64,000 nt of DNA from Eledone cirrhosa (taxonomy: Eukaryota): contig OZ024765.1 in assembly GCA_964016885.1 (NCBI GenBank), forward strand, positions 6,076,001 through 6,140,000, written 5' to 3'. Shown in pieces: positions 1-15,908 of this stretch (the first letter of the stretch is position 1; each line of letters starts with the position of its first letter). The notes under the pieces are model-generated. The model saw only the letters and a list, made by a program, of their open reading frames with translations. It was not told the origin of the DNA and made no database searches. The position numbers and the translations under genes are program-made.

Positions 1-1240
1 ACGAAAGATTACCCCCAGTACGCCATTATAGGGCCGTTGCTGTCTACTTAAAACGAAAGATTACCTCCTGTACACCATTATAGGGCCGTTGCTGTCGACT
101 TAAAACGAAAGATTACCCCCAGTACGCCATTATAGGGCCGTTGCTGTCTACTTAAAACGAAAGATTACCCCAGTACACCATTATAGGGCCGTTGCTGCCT
201 ACTTAAAACGAAAGATTACCCCCAGTACGCCATTATAGGGCCGTTGCTGTCTACTTAAAACGAAAGATTACCCCCAGTACGCCATTATAGGGCCGTTGCT
301 GCCTACTTAAAACGAAAGATCACCCAGAGTACGCCATTATAGGGCCGTTGCTGTCTACTTAAAACGAAAGATTACCTCCTGTACACCATTATAGAGCCGT
401 TGCTGTCTACTTAAAACGAAAGATTACCCCCAGTACGCCATTATAGAGCCGTTGCTGTCTACTTAAAACGAAAGATTACCCCCAGTACGCCATTATAGGG
501 CCGTTGCTGTCTACTTAAAACGAAAGATTACCCCCAGTACGCCATTATAGAGCCGTTGCTGTCTACTTAAAACGAAAGATTACCCCCAGTACGCCATTAT
601 AGAGCCGTTGCTGTCTACTTAAAACGAAAGATTACCCCAGTACACCATTATAGGGCCGTTGCTGTCTACTTAAAACGAAAGATTACCTCCTGTACACCAT
701 TATAGAGCCGTTGCTGTCTACTTAAAACGAAAGATTACCCCAGTACACCATTATAGGGCCGTTGCTGTCTACTTAAAACGAAAGATTACCCCCAGTACGC
801 CATTATAGGGCCGTTGCTGTCTACTTAAAACGAAAGATTACCCCCAGTACGCCATTATAGGGCCGTTGCTGTCTACTTAAAACGAAAGATTACCCCCAGT
901 ACGCCATTATAGGGCCGTTGCTGTCTACTTAAAACGAAAGATTACCCCCAGTACGCCATTATAGGGCCGTTGCTGTCTACTTAAAACGAAAGATTACCCC
1001 CAGTACGCCATTATAGGGCCGTTGCTGTCTACTTAAAACGAAAGATTACCCCCAGTACGCCATTATAGGGCCGTTGCTGTCTACTTAAAACGAAAGATTA
1101 CCCCCAGTACGCCATTATAGGGCCGTTGCTGTCTACTTAAAACGAAAGATCACCCCCACTACGCTATTGCTGTCTACTCAAAACGAAAGATCACCCCCCA
1201 CTACGCTATTGTTGTCTACTTAAAACGAAAGATCACCTCC
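1..1240. repeat. 52-bp minisatellite, about 23 copies, truncated by window start
   Basis: Unit ACGAAAGATTACCCCCAGTACGCCATTATAGGGCCGTTGCTGTCTACTTAAA, decaying at the right edge. Confidence 0.95.
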
Positions 1241-1286
1241 TCCCTTTATTACACTACTATATACCCTGTCTTATTCTATCTTCCAG

Positions 1287-1395
1287 AACAAGGTGGTAAT
1301 GTGTGAACGGAAATTCTGTGAAAGTTCTGAAGGCTGTTATATGATTCTTTATGACAGTCACCGGTTGCCTAAGCAGTGTTGTGATCTATGTAAAG
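1287..1395 (+). CDS. BMPER: BMPER exon, C-terminal half of VWC1 (NKVVMCERKFC...CCDLCKG)
   Basis: ttccag| acceptor, G|gtaag donor, 109 nt, phase 0 to 1. Confidence 0.88.
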
Positions 1396-1466
1396 GTAAG
1401 CCAGCTATCTATCAATCAATCTACCCCCCCCCCCTCTCTATCTATCTATCTATCTATCTATCTATC

Positions 1467-1950
1467 ATTTCCTCTGTATAGTGGCTATATATGGTGAAAG
1501 AGGTTATATGGTGGACAAGGTTGAGAGGACTGAGGACAGATGCCTTTCTCTCCGGACAACAACTCATTCCCTTCTTTAGGTACCACTTTAGAAGGAGAAT
1601 CAGAGTGGAGAGAGAGGTACTGCACCCCAGTAAATTGACTGAAAGGTGGGTGAATGTGGCGAGAATGGCCCGAGTGAGTGGGCCTTCTTTGTATATAAAC
1701 CTGTAGGTTGAAGAAGAGGGCAAAAGGAATAAAGGAGCACTTGCACAACATGCTCCTGGAGTTGAGGGTTGTTCTATCTACCGGGTATAAAACAACCCAT
1801 TTGTAACGCCCCCCCCCCCCCCTATTGGGGATTTCGATTGTTGAATTTGTTTGTTAAAACATTTTTTTGCACGATTGTATGTAAAATCCCCGGCATATGT
1901 CTTTGTATTGTCCCCTTTTCTTTTGCGCCCTTGTGGCAAATAAAGAAATA
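1467..1950 (+). mobile_element. 5'-truncated Tx1/L1-clade LINE 3' fragment
   Basis: Homologous to 6985-7445; ends AATAAAGAAA; flanked on both sides by (TCTA)n. Confidence 0.85.
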
Positions 1951-1987
1951 TATCTAACTATCTATCAATCTATCTCTCTATCTATCT

Positions 1988-2685
1988 GTCATCCCGCCGC
2001 CTTCATTTAAGAATGAAGGAGAGGCGGTTTTCCTCTGTCTGGTGGCTATGGCAAAAGAGGTAATATGGTGGACGAGGTTAAAAGGAGTGAGAGCAAACAC
2101 TTTTCTCTCTCGACAACAACTCATCCCCTTCTTTAAGTACCACTTCAGAGGGAAGGTGAGTGTGGAGAGAGAGGTGATACACCCCAGTAAATTCGCTGAG
2201 AGGTGGGTGAATGTGGCAAAAATGGCCCAAAAAATGGCCCAAAAATGGCCCAAAAAAAACCTGTAGGTTGAGGAAGACAAACAAAGGGAAGACGGGAACA
2301 CCTACAAAACGTGTTCCTGGTGTTGAGGATTGTTCTGTCTACGGGGTGTAAAACAACCCCGCAGTGACGTTACCCACTATTGGGGATTTCGATTGTTTTA
2401 TTTTGTATATATTATTGTTATCCATTATTATTGTAGATAATAAGGCGGTGGATTGGCAGTATCGGTAGAGGGTCGGACGCCATGCTTTCCAGCATAGTTA
2501 CGTCCCTTTACGATCTGAGTTCAAATCCCGCCGAGGTTGACTTTGCCTTTCATCCTTACGGGGTCGATAAAATAAAGTACCAGTAATGCACTAGGTAATT
2601 GCTGGCCTTGTGCCTAAAGTAGAAACAGTTATTGTAGATAAGATTTTTATGTAAAACCCCCGCTGTCACGTCAAATAAGGAAATC
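1988..2685 (+). mobile_element. Second Tx1/L1 3' fragment, interrupted by a SINE
   Basis: AKEVIWWTRLKG...HPSKFAERWVNVA reading; 3' end AATAAGGAAA followed by TCTATCTATC. Confidence 0.8.
2444..2633 (+). mobile_element. tRNA-derived SINE, family A (GCCTTTCATCC...GTCGATAAAATAAAGTACCAG core)
   Basis: A/B-box-like head (GAGTTCAAATCC). Related copies at about 2895-3075(-), 7712-7900, 24670-24857(-), 34862-35035(-), 46178-46517 (x2), 47800-47960, 49782-49957, 55588-55747, 61555-61695(-). Confidence 0.8.
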
Positions 2686-3074
2686 TATCTATCTATCGAT
2701 AAAAAAAAAAAATACCAGTCTAGTACTGGGGTCGATTCATCCTCTATATCTTTTCTCATTTCCTCTCTCTCTAGAAGAAATCTGCTGTACTCAGGCCTGG
2801 AGAGCAATGGGCTCTACCAGGCTTAAAATGCCCTGGAAACACCGTACGGCGGCCCCACGACTCTATCAGGAGTTACGGAACAATACATACATACTTGTTT
2901 CTACTTTTGGCACAAGGCCAGCAATTACCCCAGTGCATTACTGGTACTTTATTTTTGTCGACCCCGTAAGGATGAAAGGCAAAGTTAACCTTGGCGGGAT
3001 TTGAACTCAGACCATAAAGGGGTATAACTCAATGCTGCAAGGCATGGCGTCCGACCTTCTACCGATACTGCCAA

Positions 3075-4595
3075 TGTATGTCTGTATGTGTGTATGTCTG
3101 TATGTGTATGTCTGTATGTGTATGTCTGTATGTGTATGTCTGTATGTGTATGTCTGTATGTGTATGTCTGTATGTGTATGTCTGTATGTGTATGTCTGTA
3201 TGTGTATGTCTGTATGTGTGTATGTCTGTATGTGTATGTCTGTATGTGTATGTCTGTATGTGTATGTCTGTATGTGTATGTCTGTATGTGTATGTCTGTA
3301 TGTGTATGTCTGTATGTGTGTTTGTCTGTATGTGTATGTCTGTATGTGTATGTCTGTATGTGTATGTCTGTATGTGTGTATGTCTGTATGTGTATGTCTG
3401 TATGTGTGTTTGTCTGTATGTGTATGTCTGTATATGTGTATGTCTGTATGTGTATGTCTGTATGTGTATGTCTGTATGTGTATGTCTATGTGTGTATGTC
3501 TGTATGTGTATGTCTGTATGTGTATGTCTGTATGTGTATGTCTATGTGTGTATGTCTGTATGTGTATGTCTGTATGTGTATGTCTGTATGTGTATGTCTG
3601 TATGTGTATGTCTGTATGTGTATGTCTGTATGTGTATGTCTGTATGTGTATGTCTGTATATGTGTATGTCTGTATGTGTATGTCTGTATGTGTATGTCTG
3701 TATGTGTATGTCTGTATGTGTATGTCTGTATGTGTATGTCTGTATGTGTATGTCTGTATGTGTGTTTGTCTGTATGTGTATGTCTGTATGTGTATGTCTG
3801 TATGTGTATGTCTGTATGTGTGTATGTCTGTATGTGTATGTCTGTATGTGTATGTCTGTATGTGTATGTCTGTATGTGTATGTCTGTATGTGTGTTTGTC
3901 TGTATGTGTATGTCTGTATGTGTATGTCTGTATGTGTATGTCTGTATGTGTGTATGTCTGTATGTGTATGTCTGTATGTGTGTATGTCTGTATGTGTATG
4001 TCTGTATGTGTATGTCTGTATGTGTATGTCTATGTGTGTATGTCTGTATGTGTATGTCTGTATGTGTATGTCTGTATGTGTATGTCTGTATGTGTATGTC
4101 TGTATGTGTATGTCTGTATATGTGTATGTCTGTATATGTGTATGTCTGTATGTGTATGTCTGTATGTGTATGTCTGTATGTGTATGTCTGTATGTGTATG
4201 TCTGTATGTGTATGTCTGTATGTGTATGTCTGTATGTGTATGTCTGTATGTGTATGTCTGTATGTGTGTATGTCTGTATGTGTATTTCTGTATGTGTATG
4301 TCTGTATGTGTGTTTGTCTGTATGTGTATGTCTGTATGTGTATGTCTGTATGTGTGTATGTCTGTATGTGTGTATGTCTGTATGTGTATGTCTGTATGTG
4401 TATGTCTGTATGTGTATGTCTATATGTGTATGTCTGTATGTGTGTATGTCTGTATGTGTGTATGTCTGTATGTGTGTATGTCTGTATGTGTATGTCTGTA
4501 TGTGTATGTCTGTATGTGTGTTTGTCTGTATGTGTATGTCTGTATGTGTATGTCTGTATGTGTATGTCTGTATGTGTATGTCTGTATGTGTATGT
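3075..4595. repeat. 14-bp tandem repeat (TATGTCTGTATGTG)n, about 1.5 kb
   Basis: Direct reading; source of the spurious ORFs at 3032-4826. Confidence 0.95.
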
Positions 4596-4647
4596 ATACA
4601 ATATATAGTATATGTAATGTGTCCCTGTATATGTATGTGTATTTCAG

Positions 4648-4730
4648 GCTGTACCTTCAGAGGGAAAAAATATCTCAGTGGAACAAACTGGACTGAACCA
4701 AAAAAGCTGTGTGCCACCTATGTATGTAGG
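4648..4730 (+). CDS. BMPER: BMPER exon, VWC2 N-half (GCTFRGKKYLSGTNWTEPKKLCATYVCR)
   Basis: tttcag| ... AGG|gtaagt, 83 nt, phase 1 to 0. Confidence 0.9.
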
Positions 4731-4825
4731 GTAAGTAGACTTTCCTATTTATCACTCTACCTACCTATATATCCGAATGTCCATCTATCTATCTATCTAT
4801 CTCCCTGTCTATATATCTATCTATA

Positions 4826-7447
4826 AAATACGTGCTCTGGGAAACGAGGGAGCGAAAGCTGTTAGCTGGGCCCGAGTGACGGAAGCAAAAAGTGGCAACA
4901 AGTCCACGATTCGGTCTTTGAAGGACCAAAACGGACGCGTGATACGTGAGCCGAAGCAGATGTGTGCGGCCTTTCAGCGGCACTTTGCTCAACTGTTCGG
5001 ACAGGGCGGCGTGCCGGGAGGGGCTATGGATTTCGGTCCATACCTCGACGGCCTACCGCGGCTCTCGGACAGCGAGACAAAGTTCTGCGAAAAGCCGATT
5101 TCAGCCGCTGACATAGGGGACGCGTGGAGCCAATGCGCCAAACGCAAATCTCCAGGTCTCGACGGTCTACCCTACGAATTTTACGTAGCAATGCCGGACT
5201 TATTCTCCGGTCTCCTGGAAGCGGCCTACTGCAACTGGCAACAGAACGGGAGAATTCCCAGTTTTGTGACCGGGGGCGTAGTCACACTAGTCAGGAAGGA
5301 CGAGAATAAGGGGGATGACATAGACAACTTCCGGTCCATAACTCTGCTAAACACAGAGTTACAGATTTTGGCCAAGGTGTTGGCAAAGAGGCTGGCGCTT
5401 GTCGTCGAGAACCTGGTGGGAAAAGCGCAGACATGCGCAATCCCGACCAGGTCCATACACGACAACCTCCACCTCATGCGATATATCATAGAGAGAGTAA
5501 GGTGTAAACCCGGCTTCGGTGGGGCCCTGATCAACTTGGATCAGTCTAAGTCTTTCGATAGGGTTGACCATCGTTACCTGGATGGGGTGCTCGAGGCGGC
5601 AGGCTTCGGACCCGTGTTCAGGGGCTGGATTGCTGCAATGCACAACAGCAACATCTGCTTAAGGGTCAAGGTGAACGGCTACCTTTCGGAGCCGTTCCAT
5701 ATCACGCGATCCATTCGACAGGGATGCCCTCTCTCCTCCCTTCTGTACGTACTGACTCTCGAGCCACTACTGCGGAAGTTGGAGCTATTGCAGGGCATTC
5801 CTCTGGAACCGGGACTGCGGAAAGCGGCGTCGGCCTACGCCGACAACGAGACAGTAATGGTGTCGAGCGCCTTGCAAATCGAGGAAGTCGGCACCTTACT
5901 GAAGGAATACGAAAGTTTCACAGGAGCGAAGCTGAACCGGGACAAGTCCATCGGTTTGCAACTCGGATCGTGGAGAGGCAAACCGATGCCTTCCGATGGC
6001 GTCGTCGGACGCTGGACGGAAGGACCGGTAAAGCTGCTTGGGGTCTGGTTTGGTCCGGACCTCCAAGTGGAGAAGAACTGGAACGAGGTGACGGCCAAGG
6101 TGTTTGCACTCACCCAGAAGTGGGCCGAGTGCAAACTATCCTTGAAAGGTCGAGTGGAAGTGGCGAACACTTTTATAGCGTCCGCCATCTACTACGGCTT
6201 GACCGTCGTGCCTTGCCCAGCCAAAATGCTCACCAAAATGGAGCGCGCGCTCTTCCAATTCCTTTGGAAGAGGCGGGTTCCTTTGGTGAGAAGATCCATC
6301 TGCTGCCAACACCCTTCCAACGGAGGGCTGGGGATGCCGTGGCTGACGATGCGCAAATACGCGCTCAGGCTGCAGTATCTCTACGTATTCCTCACCGGAC
6401 AACCGGTGTGGGCCCCGTTCGTGAGGCGAGCCTTCCCACGACTCATCTCGCTGACCGAGCTGCAGTCCTGAGTCAAGCAAAGACCGAGGAAAATGGGCGA
6501 CTGGCACATCGAATGTGCTCAGGCGCTCACAGCCCTCTGGCAGGCGGACCCGGCGATCAGTGGAGACTCCACTTCGTCATTCTATAGAGGGTTGATCCGC
6601 AGCAAGTGCGACGACGCGCTCGGTGTAACTCTAGGCGTAGAGGAAGATGAACTGGCCAGTCTGTTCGGTAGGACCTTCCGCCTAGGACCGATGGACAACT
6701 TCCAAAAGTCCCTGGCCTGGCAGTGCTACTGAGGAGCTCTACCAGTTCGAGACAAGCTCTACAGACATGGGCGCCCGGGCAGGGACCCTGCAAAAAAGAT
6801 CTGTCCGAGGTGCGTGCGAGACGAAGAAACCGTCGCGCACGCATTCATACACTGCCCGGGCGTCACTGACCTGTGGGGATATGTAGAACGACTATTGTCG
6901 CGGGTGGGACCAATCCAGTTGACCACCGAGTCCATTGTTCATGATCAAACCGCCACTCTCCTTCAAAAACGAAGGAGAGGCGGTTTTCCTTTGTGTGATA
7001 GCTATGGCGAAAGAGGTTGTATAGTGGACAAGGTTGAAAGGGCTGAGGTCAGACACCTTTCTCTGCGGCCAACAACTGATTCTTTTTTTCAAATACCACT
7101 TTGGAAGAAGAATCAGGATGGGGAGAGAGGTGCTGTACCCCCAGCAAGTTTTATGAAAGGTGGGTGAAAGTGGCGAGAATGGGCCTTCTCTCTATATCAG
7201 CCTGTAGGTTGAGGAAAAGGAGGAGGAGAGGAAAGGAGTACAAACTCTTCGTACTCCTGGAGATGAGGGTTGCACATTTTTTCGGGGTTATGTGTTACCC
7301 ATATGAACTGTCTCCCCCTATTGGGGAAAATCGACTAATTTTTTAAATTGCATTTGTGATAATACTTTACACGTTTTTATTGTATGTAAACTTCCCCCTT
7401 TGTATTTGTCCCCTTCTTTTGTGCCCCTGTGGCTAATAAAGAAACAT
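4826..7447 (+). mobile_element. 5'-truncated, inactivated Tx1/L1-clade LINE ORF2 (RT + CCHC zinc knuckle + 3'UTR)
   Basis: KSPGLDGLPYEFY, LLNTELQILAKVLA, LDQSKSFDRVDH, IRQGCPLS, YADN (YADD degenerate), GGLG, CPRC...HAFIHC at 6802-6855; in-frame TGA at 6469 and about 6730, later frameshifts. Confidence 0.92.
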
Positions 7448-7929
7448 ATCTATCTAAAGATATCTATCTGTCCATCTTGTGTAACTTGAAGAAGGAAATC
7501 AGGATGGAGAGGGCAGTGCTCCCTTCCAACCAGTTTATTGAGAGGTGGGTGGGGTGTGATCAAGAACACACCACACAACCCAGCGCAGGAATCGAACTCA
7601 CAACATTATGGTTGTAAGTCCAACACCTTTACCACTGGAGCAACATGAAATGAAGTGTTTTGCTCAAGAACACAACACAGCCAGAAATCGAAACCATTAC
7701 TATTATTTCGGTGGGTCGGACGCCATGCTTTGACGCATAGGGTTACGACCCTTGCCATTCTGAGTTCAAATCCCGCCGAGGTTAACTTTGCCTTTCATCC
7801 TTACGGGGTCGATAAAATAAAGTACCAGTCACGCACTGGAATCGATTTAATCGACCCCCCCCCCCCCACAATTGCTGGCCTTGTGCCTATATAAGAAACC
7901 ATTATTTGTTTCTGGATCAAAGGATCATT

Positions 7930-7943
7930 GCTGCTGCTGCTGC

Positions 7944-8000
<57 letters not shown>

Positions 8001-8735
8001 CGTCGTCATTGATTTTTATCGTCTCAAGTAAATCGCTAGACGCCAATGACCCTTCGTCTCTCCAACATCATACCCTACACAACCACCACACCACCCCACA
8101 TACACACATACACTCCGCCCCTCCACACCCCACACCACCACCACCATAATCACCACCACCACCACCACTATTACCACCACCACCACCACCACCACCACAC
8201 CACCACTATTACCCCCTCCCCCCACCACCACCACCACACCACCACTATTACCACCACTACCACCACACCACCACCACACCACACCACAACCACAACCACC
8301 ACCACCACTATTACCACCGCTACCACCACCACCACTATTACCACCACCACACAACCACACCACCACCACCACCACACCACCACCACCTCCACACCACCAC
8401 TACCATCACCACCACCACACAACCACACCACCACCACCTCCACACCACCATCACCACCACTACCACCACCACCACCACACCATCACCACCACCACCACAC
8501 CACACCACCACCACCACCACACCACCACCACACACCACCACCACCACACCATCACCACCACCACACCACCACCACTACCACCACCACCACCACACCACCA
8601 CACCACCACCACCACACCACCACACCACCACCACCACACCACCACACCACACCACCACCACCACCACACCACAACACCACCACCACCACACCACCACCAC
8701 CACACCACCACACCACTACCACCACACCACCACCA
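7930..8735. repeat. (CTG)/(TTG)n then degenerate (CCA)n microsatellite
   Basis: Direct reading. Confidence 0.9.
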
Positions 8736-8823
8736 GGTGCATCATAAGCCGCTGTAGTTTCCTAATTAACTCCGATCACCTCAATCGTGAACAGGTGACT
8801 CAAACACACACACACGGATGTAG

Positions 8824-10347
<1,524 letters not shown>

Positions 10348-10429
10348 GTATGGATAGTGTTGTTTTCGTAAACACTTGCTAAATTCCATACTGAATGCAT
10401 CAAATACCGACAATATATTAAATATATAC

Positions 10430-10730
10430 ATCATCATCATCATTTCATTTTACGTCTACTTCTCCCTGCTTGCAAGGGTGGGACGGGAACTGATTCTGGC
10501 TTGATTTCTACAGCTGGATGCCCTTCCTAACACCAACCTCATTTACAGTGAGTGCTGGGTGCTTTTTTGCCGTGGCACCTCCACGACCACTTTGCAGTGG
10601 AATGATAGGGACCCCAGTCCCTATCATCTCATTTCTACAGCTGAGTAAACTGGAGCAATGTGAAATAAAGTGTCTTGCTCAAGGAAACAACACATCACCC
10701 GGTCCGAGAATTGAACTCACAACCTTTTGA
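10430..10730 (-). mobile_element. tRNA-derived SINE, family B, with RTE-like tail
   Basis: Reverse complement of the full copy at 31966-32310. Confidence 0.85.
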
Positions 10731-11189
10731 TACGACGAAACTGTTTCAAAAAGGAGCGATAAACATACCAATCTATGTTTAGAATCCCGAGCAACGCCGG
10801 ATCATTCTGTTAGTATTTATCTAAAACCTTCCAACGTAATATTATGTAAGAATCTTTGTTAAGTTATGTTCCAAAATACCTCCAAATACTTGGTTATTTT
10901 CAAAATTATTTGAAAACCATAGGCAAGGCATTTCATTAGAAATATGGTTACGAAAGAGTTAAAGTGTTTATATTTATCTAAAACCTTCCAATGTAATTTT
11001 ATGTAAGTACCTTTATTAAGTTATATTCCAAACAACATCTTTAATAATAAGAAAGTTAGTTATAAACTCAAAAGTTAGTTATATTACTAAATACTAAAGT
11101 TAGTTATAATATTAAATACTACAGTTAGTTATATTACTAAATCCCGCCAAATGCTTCATTATTTTCAAAATTATTTTCAAAACCATAGA

Positions 11190-11402
11190 CAGTGTCTTTC
11201 ATTAGAAATATGGTAATGAAAGGGTTAATGACGTAGACAGTGTCTTTCATTAGAAATATGGTAATGAAAGGGTTAATGACGTAGGTAGTGTCTTTCATTA
11301 GAAATATGGTAATGAAAGGGTTAATGACGTAGGTAGTGTCTTTCATTAGAAATATGGTAATAGACAGTGTCTTTCATTAGAAACATGGTAATGAAAAGTT
11401 TA
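11190..11402. repeat. 48-bp tandem repeat built from a ...GAAAGGGTTAA MITE end
   Basis: GTGTCTTTCATTAGAAATATGGTAATGAAAGGGTTAATGACGTAG unit, about 4 copies; matches 10930-10962 and rc of 46614-46645. Confidence 0.75.
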
Positions 11403-11464
11403 AGTATTTATATTTATCTAAAAACTTTCCAGCGTAATTTCATGTAAGAACTTTTGTTAAGTTA

Positions 11465-11790
11465 TGTTCTTCTTCTTCACCCACTTATTCTCGAGAGGGT
11501 TGTGGGGGCAAAACCTCAAACACTCATTCCAGCGGGTCCGGTCAAATGCAACTGTCTCTTACTGATCCGGCTAGATCCCCAAGCTCCTGGATGTTATCCA
11601 ACCATCTTGCTCAGAGTCAACACCTGAGTTTCTTGCCGGTTGGTTTTGCCCGTAAAATATGTCCAGCATTTCTTTCTTGAGACATTCTAACCACATGTCC
11701 ATAGTATCAGAGCTGTGATCTCTCAATTTGGGGAAGTAGTGGCTCTACCTGGAGCGACTCTCTGATCTCTGAGCTACAAATCTATCCAGT
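11465..11790 (-). mobile_element. RTE-type LINE 3' fragment
   Basis: Minus-strand reading ...ERSQL*YYGHVVRMSQER...ILRAKPTGK...WLDNI; (GAA)n tail; + strand relative at 54410-54560. Confidence 0.7.
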
Positions 11791-12745
11791 GATTCTTTCC
11801 TGAGACATTCTAACCACATGTCCATAGTATCAGAGCTGTGATCTCTCAATTCAGAGAAGTAGCAGCTCTACCTGGAGCGACTCTCTGATCTCTGAGCTAC
11901 AAATCTATCCAGTGATTCTTTCCTGAGACATTCTAACCACATGTCCATAGTATCAGAGCTGTGATCTCTCAATTCAGAGAAGTAGCAGCTCTACCTGGAG
12001 CGACTCTCTGATCTCTGAGCTACAAATCTATCCAGTGATTCTTTCCTGAGACATTCTAACCACATGTCCATAGTATCAGAGCTGTGATCTCTCAATTCAG
12101 AGAAGTAGCAGCTCTACCTGGAGCGACTCTCTGATCTCTGAGCTACAAATCTATCCAGTGATTCTTTCCTGAGACATTCTAACCACATGTCCATAGTATC
12201 AGAGCTGTGATCTCTCAATTCAGAGAAGTAGCAGCTCTACCTGGAGCGACTCTCTGATCTCTGAGCTACAAATCTATCCAGTGATTCTTTCCTGAGACAT
12301 TCTAACCACATGTCCATAGTATCAGAGCTGTGATCTCTCAATTCAGAGAAGTAGCAGCTCTACCTGGAGCGACTCTCTGATCTCTGAGCTACAAATCTAT
12401 CCAGTGATTCTTTCCTGAGACATTCTAACCACATGTCCATAGTATCAGAGCTGTGATCTCTCAATTCAGAGAAGTAGCAGCTCTACCTAGAGTGATTCTC
12501 TGATCTCCGATCTACAAATATGTCCAGTGATTCTTTCCTGCGACATTCTAACCACATGTCCATAGTATCGGAGCTGTGATCACTAAATTCAGCGAAGTAG
12601 CAGCTCTACCTGGAGTGACTCTCTGATCTCTGAGCTACAAATATATCCAGTGATTCTTTCCTGAGACATTCTAACCACATATCCATAGTATCAGAGCTGT
12701 GATCTCTCAATTCATAGAAGTAGTGGCTCTACTTGGAGTGACTCT
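11670..12745. repeat. 123-bp minisatellite, about 8.7 copies, derived from the RTE fragment
   Basis: Unit starts at 11786, 11909, 12032... Confidence 0.92.
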
Positions 12746-13108
12746 CTACAAGTTATATCTCACACTCAAAATATTGTCCCACACACTAAATACTACAACA
12801 AAGGGGTTAAAACCAGGGACCGACTTGACAAAAGAGTTAAACCTTTGAAAAAAAGGTCACGTTAAAAAACTATGATCAAAGACTTCTTTGTAGTTATTAA
12901 AATTTCTGCCGTTTTTCTTTGATGAAGGTAAATATCAAAGGTAGCTTATTAAGGGTTTTTTAAGTTATTAAAATTGGATACAGTTAATGAAAGTTGCGTC
13001 TGTAATTAACGAAGTGTTTAGAAGAAATGATAGATCGTCTGTCACTGTGGAACAGACGAGAAACCTCGTGTGAGAAACAATCTCGTAGGAGACGTAGCTG
13101 CTAGCTGT

Positions 13109-13157
<49 letters not shown>

Positions 13158-13324
13158 GAACATATACATGTACATATATATACATATATGTCTCTGTGTG
13201 CGCGCGCACACGTATGTATGTATCTGTGTGTGTACTGATAGATAGATGTGTGTCTATGTACATATATATATATATATATATATATGCATGTGTGAGGGGG
13301 TATATATATATATATGTGTATATG

Positions 13325-13480
13325 TGTATCCCGGATTCAATCGGGGGTAACCACAGTAAGTAAGGTACTCAATACATAGCAGAGTATAAATATTTAATAT
13401 AGAAATGGCTTCTACAGGACTAGAACTGTTTCATTTCGGAGGAAATCATCAGGAAATCTCTTTCCTGATGATTTCCTCCT
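13325..13480 (-). mobile_element. Penelope-like non-autonomous element with hammerhead-like core (second copy 20227-20392)
   Basis: CTGATGA-TTTCctccGAAA-TGAAAC; short inverted duplication; tail abuts a (TA)/(TG)n tract. Confidence 0.55.
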
Positions 13481-13489
13481 ACATTTCCT

Positions 13490-14370
13490 CCTACACAACA
13501 ACCACTACCACCACCACCACCTACACCTACACCTACACCAGCCACACCGCCAACACCACCACCAACACAACAACAACCACTACCACCACCACCACCTTCC
13601 ATACCGCCAACAACAACCACCACCACCAACACAACAACCACTACCACCACCACCACCTACACCTTCCATACCGCCAACAACAACCACCACCACCAACACA
13701 ACAACCACTACCACCACCACCACCTACACCTTCCATACCGCCAACACCAACAACACAACAACAACTCCTACCACCACCACCCACACCTACACCAGCCACA
13801 CCGCCAACACCACCACCAACACAACAACAACCACTACCACCACCACCACCACCCACACCGCCAACACCAGCCACACCGCCAACACCACCACCAACACAAC
13901 AACAACCACTACCACCACCACCTACACCTACACCAGCCACACCGCCAACACCACCACCACCACAACAACAACCACTACCACCACCACCACCACCCACACC
14001 GCCAACACCACCTACACCAGCCACACCGCCACCACCACCAACACAATAACAACCACTACCACCACCACCACCACCCACACCGCCAACACCACCACCATCA
14101 CCACCACCCACACCGCCAACACCAGCCAACACCACCACCACCACCACCAACACAACAACCACTACCACCCACCACCCACACCGCCAACACCACCTACACC
14201 AGCCACACCGCCAACACCACCACCACCACCAACAACAACCACCACCACCACCACCACCACCACCACCACCCACACAACAACAACCACCACCACCATCACC
14301 ACCACCTACACCACCACCACCACCACCATCACCACCACCTACACCGCATACCCAACCCACTCCACCCAGA
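13490..14370. repeat. Degenerate (CCA/CAA)n microsatellite
   Basis: Direct reading; similar tracts at 25335-26030 and 36643-37285. Confidence 0.9.
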
Positions 14371-15199
14371 CATTAGTTAATTAATTATTCCGGATTGAGA
14401 GTGGGGGGTTGGTGTTTTTTCCAATAATATTAGTTGAATGGTGTTGTTTTCATAAAGTGTAGCGTTCATAATTTGATGGCGGGACGGGGTGACTGCTGAA
14501 TATGGGGTGACTGCTGAAGAGGGGCTGACTGCTGAAGAGGGGCTGACTGCTGAAGAGGGGCTGACTGCTGAAGAGATCTCCTTAGTTTTGCTGAGTGACT
14601 GACTGACGAGCGCAAAGGTTAGACTGAACTGGCTATAAGAAAACAGACCAACACATATAGCTATACCTTATATATACAGATATATATATATATATTATAT
14701 ATGTATATATATGTTTATATACATATGTGTATATGTGTATATGTATATTATATATGTATATATATGTTTATATACATATGTGTATATGTGTATATGTATA
14801 TTATATATGTATATATATGTTTATATACATATATATATATGTGTATATGTATATTATATATGTATATATATGTTTATATACATATATATATATGTGTATA
14901 TGTATATTATATATGTATATATATGTTTATATACATATATATATGTATGTGTGTATATGTATATATATATATGTGTGTGTATATGTATTTATATATATGT
15001 ATGTGTATATATATACATATATATGTGTATATATATACATATATATATTTATATATAGATATAAAAATATATATATATATATGTGTGTGTGTGTATATAT
15101 ATATATAGTAATAATAATAAATGACATTGATTTTTTTAGTTTCAGAAGATCCCGTTAAGGGTGAAAGCAGCGATTCTTTGCTTAAACTTTAACCTGTTA

Positions 15200-15244
<45 letters not shown>

Positions 15245-15259
15245 ATTTATATATATATA

Positions 15260-15318
<59 letters not shown>

Positions 15319-15333
15319 ATTTATATATATATA

Positions 15334-15908
<575 letters not shown>

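Noticed and set aside
1-1240. CRISPR-like appearance of regular repeats (also 35327-36406, 59757-60921)
   Set aside because: Head-to-tail units without unique spacers, no cas genes, eukaryotic context.
3032-4826. Several 370-580 aa ORFs (VCMCMS.../HTDIHIQT...)
   Set aside because: Translations of a stop-free 14-bp tandem repeat in multiple frames; only 4648-4730 is a real exon.
4777-6471. Active retrotransposon ORF2
   Set aside because: The start is from microsatellite, there is no endonuclease domain, YADD is YADN, and there are premature stops and frameshifts.
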